A DNA stretch of 64,000 nt from contig OY769902.1 of the NCBI GenBank assembly GCA_963669175.1, positions 4,512,001 to 4,576,000 on the forward strand, written 5' to 3'. Positions within the stretch are counted from its first letter, which is position 1; the number at the start of each line of letters is the position of its first letter. Made by a program: the position numbers and the translations under genes. Source of the DNA: a bacterium. Its GTDB lineage: Bacteria; Electryoneota; Electryoneia; Electryoneales; Electryoneaceae. Below, piece after piece: positions 41,101 to 48,907 of the stretch. The notes under the pieces are model-generated. The model was not told the origin of the DNA. It searched no databases and worked only from the letters and a program-made list of their open reading frames with translations.

Positions 41101-43915
41101 GAACATAGAGCTGGTCCGCCAACTTGTCCAGGCACATGCCTACTGGCGTTTGAAGGGACTGGTGGTTGACCTCGTGATCTGGAACGAAGATAATGCCGGC
41201 TACCGGCAACTTCTCCACGACAAGATCACGGACCTCATCGCCGCGGCCAGCGATGCCGCCATGACCGATAAGCCGGGTGGCATTTATGTGCGTCCCGTGG
41301 ATCAGATTGCCGAGGATGACCGCATTCTAATCCAAACCGTGGCGCATATCATTCTCACTGACCGGCGGGGTTCACTGGCAGAGCAGATGGGTGGCCAACA
41401 GTCCCTGGTCAAGATGCCGCCGCTCCTCGATGACACTCCTCCAGAACGGCCAGAGCACAAAGTGGTTGCTCCGCAGTCCCGAAGCGATTTGACGTTCTTC
41501 AACGGTCTGGGTGGATTCACGCAGGATGGACGGGAATATGTGATTACTACCGGGCGCGGGCGGATGACTCCGGCACCGTGGGTGAATGTACTGGCCAACC
41601 CAACCTTTGGGACTGTCGTTTCCGAAAGCGGTATGGGCTACACCTGGAGCGAAAATGCTCACGAGTTTCGCCTCACCCCCTGGGGAAACGATCCTGTGAG
41701 CGATGCAAGTGGGGAAGCCTTCTACCTGCGAGACGAAGACCGGGGCACTTACTGGTCGCCCACTCCTCTTCCATGTTGTGGCACGACACCGTATGTCAGC
41801 CGTCACGGATTCGGATATAGCGTGTTTGAACACGAAGAACACGGCATTCGTTCCGAAATGTGGGTTTATGTGGCGATGGACGCCGCTGTCAAATTTACGG
41901 TCCTGACCGTACGTAACATGTCAAGCCGAACTCGCCACCTATCGGCGACAGGTTATGTCGAGTGGGTACTTGGCGGACTGAAACCGAAATCGGCCCAGCA
42001 CGTAATCACAGAAATTGATCTGCACACCAATGCCCTCATGGCTCGCAATCCTTACAACACGGATTTTCCGGAGCGGACGGCCTTCTTTGAAGTTGACGAG
42101 GCGGCCAGCACGCGAAGTGGCGATCGAACAGAATTCATCGGTCGAAACGGCACACTTCGATCTCCTGCAGCGATGCGACGGACGGAGCTTTCGGGTAGAG
42201 TCGGGGCAGCTCTCGATCCCTGCGGCGCCATTCGTGTCAGATTCGATCTTGAAGCTGGACAGGAACAGCAGATTGTCTTTCGCCTGGGGATGGGTACAAC
42301 TCGAGATGACACTCGGAATTTGATCCGCCGATTTCGAGGAGGGATTGCCGCTCGAGAAGCTCTCGAGAGCGTTTGGCAGCATTGGACCCATACACTGGGT
42401 GCGGTGAATGTCGAAACACCCGATCCATCCCTGAATGTCCTGGTCAATGGCTGGCTGCTCTACCAGACTCTGGCCTGCCGCCTGTGGGCGCGAAGCGCGT
42501 TCTACCAGTCGGGGGGAGCGTTCGGCTATCGTGACCAGCTTCAGGATGTGATGGCGCTGGTCCATAGTCGGCCTCAGCTCACCCGCCAGCATCTGCTGCT
42601 CTGCGCTGCCCACCAGTTCACTGAAGGCGACGTGCAACACTGGTGGCATCCACCAACGGACAGAGGTGTGCGAACTCACTGTTCCGACGACTACCTCTGG
42701 TTGCCTCTCGCCACAAGCCGCTATGTCCTCGCCACCGGAGACACCGGCGTGCTCGATGAAATGGTCAGTTTCCTCAGCGGCCGGGAAGTTCCGGCGGAAG
42801 AGGATTCCTATTTCGACTTGCCTACACGTTCAGATGAGATCGCCACTCTTTACGAACACTGCGTTCGCGCCATTCAGAACGGACTCAAATTCGGCTCTCA
42901 CGGTCTGCCGCTTATCGGATCCTGCGACTGGAATGACGGCATGAACCTGGTCGGGGATCAGGGCAAGGGAGAAAGCATATGGTTGGCGTTCTTCCTCGTT
43001 GACGTGCTCCATCGTTTTTCCGGACTCGCCCGAGCGCGCGGTGACCTGACTTTTGCAGAGCTGTGTGATAGCCAGGCGGTGACCATCGGCAGGAACATTG
43101 ACGAGCAGGGTTGGGATGGTGAGTGGTACCGCCGCGCTTATTTCGACGATGGCACCCCCCTCGGTTCCGCCACGAACGAAGAGTGCCAGATCGATTCCAT
43201 TGCGCAAAGCTGGTCGGTTCTATCGGGCGCGGGAGATCAGGCACGTTCCCGAACGGCGATGGATTCCCTGGAGAAATGGCTGGTCCGCCAAGATTTGGGA
43301 ATTGTCCAACTGCTCGACCCGCCATTTAATGCATCAGCGATGAACCCTGGTTATATCAAGGGATATGCCCCGGGCATCCGAGAGAATGGTGGACAGTACA
43401 CCCACGCCGCCATCTGGGCGGCAATGGCATTCGCGAAGATGGGCGATGAACGGCATGCCTGGGAGCTCTTCCGAATCATCAATCCAGTCAACCATGCCCG
43501 TTCTGAAGATGAATCCGCGATTTATATGGTGGAGCCATACGTCGTCGCTGCGGATGTCTACGCTGTGACGCCTCATGTCGGTCGCGGTGGTTGGACCTGG
43601 TATACTGGCGCTGCCGGGTGGATGTATACACTGATTGTGGAATCGCTGCTCGGTGTCACACTCGAGGTGGATAAGCTACGGATCAAACCATGCCTGCCAC
43701 CGGAATGGAAGAGCTTCGGACTCCACTATCGACATTGGGAAACAACCTATCATATCGATTTTAAGCAGATCGTCAGCGATGTAGATGTCCTTGAGATTGT
43801 CGTTGATGGAAAACCACAGGCCGACAACACCATTCCACTCCAGAACGACAAGAACGAACACTATGTCAAAATCAAGCTTTCAACCATTCAAAAAAACTCA
43901 CTCCATTCGGTGTAA
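35141..43915 (+). CDS. cgs: Cyclic beta-1,2-glucan synthase (GT84, glucoamylase-like/cyclisation and GH94 phosphorylase domains)
   Basis: EWLLDNFYL, WMGYERKRGKL, ITLDTDT, SHDLLEG, RWIRGDWQ, YDLLASEAR, SWSGSMFEY, YQSGGAFGYRDQLQD, DWNDGMN, ENGGQYTH; ~2900 aa; start uncertain. Confidence 0.93.
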   Translation: MMMASGIETARKTFLRILATFQVKKLVQTPATVVQPLRSELFSADQMERHGRILANLHQTKHSRSRDHLLPRLAENEIKLLEVQRCLEEDIRIDRRITPAGEWLLDNFYLIEEQIRTAKKYLPKQYSRELPYIENGPSAGLPRVFDLAFETIAHGDGRVDPENLSRFVSAYQSEVPLQLGELWAIPIMLRLALIENLRRVADRIFADLTNRNHAEHWAEQMIEVAANHPTQLILVIADMARSNPPMESSFVAELTRLLQGHGPALALPLTWMEQQLSESGVTVEQLVRAENQNQSTDQVTMSNSVGSLRFLGTMDWHEFVETMSTVEQILSQDPVDLYSRMEFDTRDQYRHVVEKVARRSPLSESEVAGVAIELARQGSTREGAASRESHVGYYLIDKGLPLLERQTSMRLSPVARLGRLLSRFSVPLYASAIFLFAVITTAGFLAKASSGGLHGWVLVPLAALFLIAASPLAVGLVNWLMTLTTNPSPLPRMDYSHGIPSEFRTLAVIPTMLTSAASIDALVEALEVCYLGNRDQHLHFGLLTDFRDANKETLPEDQPLLQQVQHGIEKLNHKYRSFAGNTFFLFHRPRRWNPREGMWMGYERKRGKLLDLNRMLRGGDTTPFAVIIGDVSVLSNVKYIITLDTDTQLARDTARQFIGTMTHPLNRPFYDEKHERVVAGYGILQPRLAVSLAGTRWSRYARMCTTESGIDPYTRAVSDVYQDLFGEGSFIGKGIYDVDAIERTLADRFPENRILSHDLLEGCYARSGLLSDVQLYENYPSAYFADVNRRYRWIRGDWQIAQWALPLVPNKTGHTVKNPLSALSMVKIFDNLRRSVTSAGLTLLLLLGWFVLVDARFWTLAVIGIVILPTLLAYPLTLLRKPGDQTLAQHLSAEFQVVANRLLRDVFTLVCLPFEAAYSLDAIARTLWRMVISHRRLMQWNPSSDDSQSDQVDIARSVRKMWSGPFVAIVAFIGLVLFDPAALMFAALLLGLWFFSPIIVWWMSRPPGRRLEKLSADQIVYLNKLARKTWSFFETFVGPEDHWLPPDNYQEQPVSAVAHRTSPTNIGLSLLAALAAYDFGMISAGKLIDRTAHTFATMASLERYKGHFFNWYDTQTLKPLSNYISSVDSGNLAGHLLTLHPGLLGLIEEKIVGPRVFDSLRTSLEILRDTMAVSQRPVSLDPLDELQQILTAARTPPASLIETKQLLQKLVTSSSHLIAHLEISQSAPQGDELDWARAFAVQCADILDDLTELAPWIGVEFPQQAGDRISSLDSIPTLLEVAALSGKLQPEFDLFHQIDESEENGSEVAELERLVVEGSQHAAARIAMVQMLATQSQDMSQMDVRFLYNESRHLLTIGHNAGKQEQDASCYDLLASEARFSCFVAIAQGQLPQKSWFSLGRLLTNVGGDPALLSWSGSMFEYLMPLLVMPTYPQTLLDQTCRAVVARQIDYGNKSGVPWGISESGYNAIDAQRNYQYRAFGVPGLGLQRGLAQDLVIAPYASALALMISPLAACENLERLSGAGYESRFGLYEAIDFTPSRLPRGKSNAIVHSFMAHHQGMSLLSLARLLLDQPMQKRFASNPQFQATMLLLQERIPKLTSSYKPTTGSSKLILASDSSEIPIRVFTTPDTANPQVQLLSNGRYHVMITNAGGGYSRWKDIAVTRWNEDRTCDNWGNFCYLRDVDSGDMWSATYQPALKSSPQFEAVFSEGRAEFRGSDHSFDTYCEIAVSPEDDIEMRRVRVTNRAKTRRVLEVTSYAEVVLAPAIADALHPAFSNLFVQTEILSHERAILCTRRPRSPDEKAPWMMHLMTVHGADVMGVSYETDRMKFIGRGNTVVNPAALTDIAAGGSGGLSNSEGSVLDPIVAIQYRIALDPGESATVYMVTGIGGTRETALGLVERYRDRRLADRVFDLIWAHGQVLLRQLNAMESDAQLYLRLASSIIYPNAVLRAPQSIILKNRRGQSGLWGYAISGDLPIVLLQIEDPANIELVRQLVQAHAYWRLKGLVVDLVIWNEDNAGYRQLLHDKITDLIAAASDAAMTDKPGGIYVRPVDQIAEDDRILIQTVAHIILTDRRGSLAEQMGGQQSLVKMPPLLDDTPPERPEHKVVAPQSRSDLTFFNGLGGFTQDGREYVITTGRGRMTPAPWVNVLANPTFGTVVSESGMGYTWSENAHEFRLTPWGNDPVSDASGEAFYLRDEDRGTYWSPTPLPCCGTTPYVSRHGFGYSVFEHEEHGIRSEMWVYVAMDAAVKFTVLTVRNMSSRTRHLSATGYVEWVLGGLKPKSAQHVITEIDLHTNALMARNPYNTDFPERTAFFEVDEAASTRSGDRTEFIGRNGTLRSPAAMRRTELSGRVGAALDPCGAIRVRFDLEAGQEQQIVFRLGMGTTRDDTRNLIRRFRGGIAAREALESVWQHWTHTLGAVNVETPDPSLNVLVNGWLLYQTLACRLWARSAFYQSGGAFGYRDQLQDVMALVHSRPQLTRQHLLLCAAHQFTEGDVQHWWHPPTDRGVRTHCSDDYLWLPLATSRYVLATGDTGVLDEMVSFLSGREVPAEEDSYFDLPTRSDEIATLYEHCVRAIQNGLKFGSHGLPLIGSCDWNDGMNLVGDQGKGESIWLAFFLVDVLHRFSGLARARGDLTFAELCDSQAVTIGRNIDEQGWDGEWYRRAYFDDGTPLGSATNEECQIDSIAQSWSVLSGAGDQARSRTAMDSLEKWLVRQDLGIVQLLDPPFNASAMNPGYIKGYAPGIRENGGQYTHAAIWAAMAFAKMGDERHAWELFRIINPVNHARSEDESAIYMVEPYVVAADVYAVTPHVGRGGWTWYTGAAGWMYTLIVESLLGVTLEVDKLRIKPCLPPEWKSFGLHYRHWETTYHIDFKQIVSDVDVLEIVVDGKPQADNTIPLQNDKNEHYVKIKLSTIQKNSLHSV

Positions 43916-43923
43916 CAATAGAC

Positions 43924-43948
43924 ACCCTTACGCTGAGGGGGGCTTTTT
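43924..43948 (+). terminator. Possible intrinsic terminator after cgs
   Basis: CCCTTA-CGC-TGAGGG hairpin followed closely by TTTTT. Confidence 0.4.
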
Positions 43949-43954
43949 AAAATC

Positions 43955-44300
43955 GACAACGTACATCCCGATGGCACGGGGGGGGAATCTTGGCCTGGTA
44001 CAGTCGCAAAGTGCCTACGTGGCGGCTTTCCAAGACGCTGGACGCGGAGTTCTACTTGGGAGCACTTCAGAGCGATGCGTTTACGATGGCTGGATAGATT
44101 ACGGCGCGAAGATCAGCATGGACGGCAAGGGCCGCTGAATCAACAACCACTTCGTCGAACGGTTGTGACGAAGTGTGAAGCACGAAGAGGTGTACGTGAA
44201 GGCGTACGAGAGTGGCTGGGTGGCGAACGGGATCTGGCGGACGTTTTACTTTTTACAACGCGAAGCGTCCACACAGAACGTTCAACGATCAGACGCCGAA
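43955..44300 (+). pseudogene. IS3-family transposase remnant
   Basis: Fragments TYIPMARG, ISMDGKGR and KHEEVYVKAYES, broken by stops and frameshifts. Confidence 0.75.
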
Positions 44301-44593
44301 CTAGATCTATTTTGGAAAGTCGAAAGTGCATCCGGAGGAGATTCGTGCTGCCTGATTCTCCTCAAAGTTCCTCCGCTGTGGCGATGGTTGTGATGAGCAC
44401 CGTGCTGGCCATAGGAAGCTGGGCCTTCCCGCACAAGCTGAATGCCGCGATGATGCTGGTCACCGCCGAGACCTGCCAGCTCTAGCCGCTGGCCGTGCGC
44501 AATCTGCTCAGGGTGGACCGAATAACATGACAGTATGACAGTACGACGGAGTATGAGCTGACGAAACCGAACATAGCGAGTAGGAGAATAGAG

Positions 44594-45523
44594 ATGAAGA
44601 TCGTCACCCTGACAATGAATCCGGCCATTGACGCCACCTGCGAGGTGGAGAATGTCAAGTCGGAGGATAAGCTGCGAACCAGCGCGCCAAGCTACGAGCC
44701 GGGCGGCGGCGGCATCAATGTCTCCCGCGCGATTCGCAAGCTCGGCGGCGAGTCCCGCGCCATCTACCCCGAGGGCGGGTTCAAGGGCAACCTGCTGCGA
44801 AAACTGATCGAAGATGAGGGGGTGACGCACACGCCCGTCGAATTCGAGGGCATGACGCGAGAGAACCTGACAGTCAACGAATCCAGCAGCAAGGCGCAAT
44901 ACCGGTTTACCATGCCTGGTCCCGAGGTTGGACGGGATGTCCAGGAACGTTGTCTTGAGGCGCTCGTCGAGGGCGAGGCGCCGGAGATCATCGTCGCAAG
45001 CGGCAGCCTCCCGCGTGCGGTGGACGAGGACTTCTACGCACGGGTGGCGTGCAAGGCTAAAGAGCTGGGCGCGAAGCTCGTCGTGGACACTAAGGGCCTG
45101 CCGCTCTACCGCGCCGTCGAACAGGGCGTGTACATGATCAAGCCGAACATGCGGGAGGTCAACGACCTGACCGGCGAAGAGATCGACAGCGAGGAGAAAC
45201 TGATAAGACTGGCCGGGGAGATCTTCGATAAGAAACGTGCCGAGGTGATCGTCATCTCGCTCGGCGCGGGAGGCGCGCTGTTTATCCACGATGGCAAGGT
45301 TCGGCCCATCCGAACACCCACCGTGCCGATCCGCAGCAAGGTCGGAGCGGGCGACAGCATGGTTGCGGGTATGGTGCTGAAGGTGGTGGAGGGCTGGGAC
45401 GCTTGGAACGCAGCGGTGTACGGTGTCGCTGCTGGCGCGGCGGCAGTGCAGACTCCCGGCACGGAGCTCTGCCGCCGCGAAGATACCGAGGAGCTCTATG
45501 AGAGAATAAAAAAAGAGCTCTGA
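44594..45523 (+). CDS. pfkB: PfkB-family hexose-phosphate kinase (6-phosphofructokinase II / 1-phosphofructokinase-like)
   Basis: TLTMNPAID, PGGGGINVSR, SGSLP, KPN, SLGAGGAL, VGAGDSMVAG; visibly more GC-rich than neighbours. Confidence 0.88.
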   Translation: MKIVTLTMNPAIDATCEVENVKSEDKLRTSAPSYEPGGGGINVSRAIRKLGGESRAIYPEGGFKGNLLRKLIEDEGVTHTPVEFEGMTRENLTVNESSSKAQYRFTMPGPEVGRDVQERCLEALVEGEAPEIIVASGSLPRAVDEDFYARVACKAKELGAKLVVDTKGLPLYRAVEQGVYMIKPNMREVNDLTGEEIDSEEKLIRLAGEIFDKKRAEVIVISLGAGGALFIHDGKVRPIRTPTVPIRSKVGAGDSMVAGMVLKVVEGWDAWNAAVYGVAAGAAAVQTPGTELCRREDTEELYERIKKEL

Positions 45524-45539
45524 TACCCATCGTTATGAC

Positions 45540-46875
45540 TGTGCCTCGTCAAAATTCTGTCCGCCGCAACACCATTGATTATCAGCGGTTTCGCTGATAC
45601 CTTAGTTTTATGATAAACTCACTCAAAACCCTGGTACGGTCGATCCGAAATTGGTTTCAATCTCGGAACCAATTGGTATTGGAAAATCTGCTGCTGCGAC
45701 ATCAGATCGCAATACTCCAACGTAAAAAAAAAGCCAAGTCTAAATAAATCCGATAGAGCGATACTTCTTCTCTTTACCAAGCTCCTGAAGAGCTGGAAAG
45801 ATGCCCTTGTCATCGTGAAACCGGAAACGATTATCAAATGCCACAGACAGGGATTCAGACTGTTCTGGCGCTGGAAAAGCCGTCCGCGTAAGAAAGGCAG
45901 GAATCCCATCAATCCCGAGGTCAGGAAACTGATTCGTGACATGAGCCGGGCGAATCCGATCTGGGGTGCGCCACGCATTCATGGCGAGCTGATGAGATTA
46001 GGAATCGTGGTTTCCGAGGCCACTGTGAGCAGGTACATGGTCAAACAAAAGAAACCACCATCACAGACTTGGCGCACCTTCCTGGACAACCATGTGAAAG
46101 ATCTCGTGTCAATTGATTTTCTCGTCGTGCCGACGGTTAATTTCAGGCTGCTCTACGTCCTGGTTGTGCTGTCCCACGAACGCCGCAGGATAGTTCATTT
46201 CAATGTCACCGATTCTCCCACCGCTGCGTGGACTGGACAGCAGATCATTGAAGCGTTTCCATACGACACAGCGCCAAAATACCTGATAAGAGATAACGAT
46301 AAGATCTATGGTTTTGACTTCAAGGAGAAAGTCAAAGCCTGTGGCATTACGCCAATAAGGACAGCGTACCGTTCCCCCTGGCAAAATGCGTATTGTGAGC
46401 GAGTGATCGGCACTCTGCGAAGGGATTGCCTTGACCACATCCTCATTTTCAGTCGACGACAGCTGATGCGTGTTCTTAGTGAGTACGTGGATACCTACTA
46501 CAACACCGAGCGAACACACCTGTCACTTGGCAAAGATTCACCTGAGTCGAGGGAGATCCAGAATCCTGCGACAGGACGCATTGTCGAGATACCGATCCTC
46601 GGCGGCTTGCACCACAGGTATTTCCGGAAAGCTGCTTGATCGTTGGTGTAGTAGCTGTCAGGTCGGAAGTCGAGTTTGTCGTTGGGTTGGTGAGCTAATC
46701 TGCGGGATACTCTGTCTCAGATCTTCGAATTGTGTGATTTCCACTCCATCTCGTCCTCGATTCTTCTTCGTCACTCCTTACCCGAGGGATTTTTTCATAC
46801 GAATCGATTCATTTTCGTCCTGGTTTGAGATTCTCACCCTGAATTTGTGCACAGATTGCATTTTGACGAGGGACA
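45540..46875 (+). mobile_element. IS481-like insertion sequence (copy 2)
   Basis: TGTGCCTCGTCAAAAT...ATTTTGACGAGGGACA terminal inverted repeats; transposase highly similar to copy 1. Confidence 0.9.
45610..46639 (+). pseudogene. Integrase-core transposase, frameshifted in an A9 run at 45724-45732
   Basis: MINSLK...LENLLLRHQIAILQRKKK then stop; the rest continues in the +1 frame to GGLHHRYFRKAA. Confidence 0.85.
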
Positions 46876-47260
46876 ATGTACGCCTTCATGAACAAACACT
46901 GAATCAGAGGTGAAGCTACAACTGTCAACCATTGTGAAAACAGGATTGCTACCAATTGCTACTATCCCCACGGAACAGTTACTAAATTCACAATGTGTAA
47001 TAGCATTATTCAAGCTTGTTTTTTGATCAATTGCTGGCTCACAAGATTCGAATATACAATATGATATCTCTGAATTAACTGAAGAATTTTTCATAAGTTG
47101 TATGGTTGGACCAACTGTTCCCAGTCGTCCGGAAGTAAACATAATCGGATGATTCTCTGTGCCAATAGCAGTAATCTCGCCTTCAACAATGAATTTACAC
47201 CCATCTCCTGCAATATAGGATCCTGGTAAAATAGTGAGTGAACCGCCAGCTAGGATGTGT
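46876..47260 (-). pseudogene. Internal fragment of a right-handed beta-helix-type protein, cut by an IS on each side
   Basis: Open frame GSLTILPGS...VEGEITAIGTENHPIMFTS...ISYCIFE...ITHCEFSNC running from the IS4 end to the IS481-like end. Confidence 0.6.
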
Positions 47261-48563
47261 CACTGCTGTCCGGTTAATTGAGCATTGTTCTTGATTGCTG
47301 TTTTCGTTTTTGTTTTTCGATATCGCTTGTTCTTTGAAAGTCTTGCCACGCTTTGGCTACAGGGATACAGATCAGCAGATGTGTGCTGATAAATACCAAG
47401 AGTTGATGAGTAGTGATTGCCTCGTCGGCGTTCTTTTGCAACACTCTTAGCAGGAGAAAGACGATCATGGCAACCCAGATTTGCGACATCACTGCATTTT
47501 CGGATGTCCCCAGAAAAGACTTGATTTTCAGGTTCTGTTTCACCCATTTGAAGAACAGTTCAATCTGCCAGCGTTGCTTGTAGAGCTGCGCAATGGTCAA
47601 CGCGTCTATTTCCAACAAGTTTGTCAGAAACCACAATTCCTTTTTTGTTTCCGGATCGGTGAAGTGTACCAGGCGCAAGGGATCAGGATAGTGGTCTGCC
47701 GGGGTTCCGTCAAAATGACCAATCCAGTCACCACGGACACCTGTTCCGGCTTCCACCTTTCGTTTTTCGGTCCATTCAAAGCCGACGTTGCTTTTCATGC
47801 GTGTGACGAAAAAGGCCTGGTTGCGATTGATCCTGGCAAACCAGGCGCTGTCGAAGTAGCCACGGTCAACCAGATAGGTTGTGCCTGACGTAATGGGCAT
47901 GGTTCGCGCCGCCCCGATATCGCTGACCTTGCCGTCGGTGATGACAATGTCTTGTGGAATAAGCCCGTCATGATCCAGTAGGGTGTGCAGTTTCAGAGCA
48001 CCTTTTGTTGTGCGGTATTTTGCCCAGGGCAACCGTTCCAGGCATACCGGAATCAGCGTGCTGTCAAGCGAAAGAAGTTTACCGGGAACGGGAAAATCAT
48101 GCTTGGAAAACCTGTCACAGAAAAGGGCGAATAATGCCTGAAACAGTTCGTAGTAAAATCGCCAGTTAATCCGCTTGTTCGCTTCTGCCAGGGTCGACTT
48201 CTTTACATTGACCAAGGGGTCCATTGAGAACAGGGATGCCGTTGCATGCTGAATATCGCGTGTCGACTTCAATCCCGCCAACTGTGCGAACATCAGAACC
48301 GCAAAATGGGTGGATGCCGTAAACACAGAGGCATATTTATCAACATGATACTTCGTGGCAAGCTTGTCAAAGAGCTCGTTGGGTACAAGCTTTTGTATCT
48401 GCATCAATACGGTTGTAGATTGAGCCATGACTTGCATCCTCCGTTGATGAGAATGTGTGTGCAAACTCAATCTTACCAACGGTACCTTGTGATGCAAGTC
48501 TTTATTATTATACAATCTCCGGGATAGTTACACGAAATCGTGATAACCTACCGGACAGCAGTG
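47261..48563 (-). mobile_element. IS4-family insertion sequence
   Basis: Terminal inverted repeats CACTGCTGTCCGGT (47261) and ACCGGACAGCAGTG (ends 48563); no target duplication seen. Confidence 0.9.
47274..48428 (-). CDS. IS4-family DDE transposase (DUF4372 + DDE_Tnp_1)
   Basis: LDST, KLHTL, DRGY, YKQRWQIELFFKWVKQ (YREK motif); GGAGG RBS. Confidence 0.92.
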   Translation of the reverse strand: MAQSTTVLMQIQKLVPNELFDKLATKYHVDKYASVFTASTHFAVLMFAQLAGLKSTRDIQHATASLFSMDPLVNVKKSTLAEANKRINWRFYYELFQALFALFCDRFSKHDFPVPGKLLSLDSTLIPVCLERLPWAKYRTTKGALKLHTLLDHDGLIPQDIVITDGKVSDIGAARTMPITSGTTYLVDRGYFDSAWFARINRNQAFFVTRMKSNVGFEWTEKRKVEAGTGVRGDWIGHFDGTPADHYPDPLRLVHFTDPETKKELWFLTNLLEIDALTIAQLYKQRWQIELFFKWVKQNLKIKSFLGTSENAVMSQIWVAMIVFLLLRVLQKNADEAITTHQLLVFISTHLLICIPVAKAWQDFQRTSDIEKQKRKQQSRTMLN

Positions 48564-48880
48564 ATGTTGAGACCATCAACGCTAAGGTTACTAAAAAATC
48601 CCCTGGAAATTATGCATTGGGCAACAAGGACAATGAAGGTTCCTTTCTAGTTGGGTATGTCGGTCGTGCAGACCAGGATCTTAATGCACGTCTGAAGTCA
48701 TGGGTGAGTAAAACGAAACGACCTCTTTTCAAGTACAGTTATGCCTCGTCAGCCAAAGCCGCATTTGAAAAAGAATGCGAAAACTATCACGACTTTGATC
48801 CACTTGGAAACGATATTCACCCTGATCGCCCCGATGGCACTGATTGGGGATGCCCCTGCTGCGACACTTTTAACGACTGA
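48564..48880 (+). pseudogene. Small GIY-YIG-like protein, 5' end probably lost at the IS4 junction
   Basis: PGNYALG...YVGRA...RL...EKEC..YH, C-terminal HPDRP...CPCC; no in-frame native start after the IS end. Confidence 0.6.
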
Positions 48881-48907
48881 ATCAACTATAATAATGCGGA
48901 GATAGTT

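Noticed and set aside
35221-43861. Many alternative-frame ORFs inside cgs (up to 394 aa)
   Set aside because: Expected in a long GC-rich gene; no motifs
44282-45289. 335-aa minus-strand ORF
   Set aside because: Antisense shadow of GC-rich pfkB
8878-45539. Idea that the ~11-13 kb block size reflects headful packaging by the neighbouring terminase/portal element
   Set aside because: Only three complete blocks and no sequence link between the IS ends and the packaging genes; unsupported by the window alone
48455-48563. N-terminal extension of the 141-aa ORF in the track
   Set aside because: It derives from inside the IS4 end and is not part of the native gene
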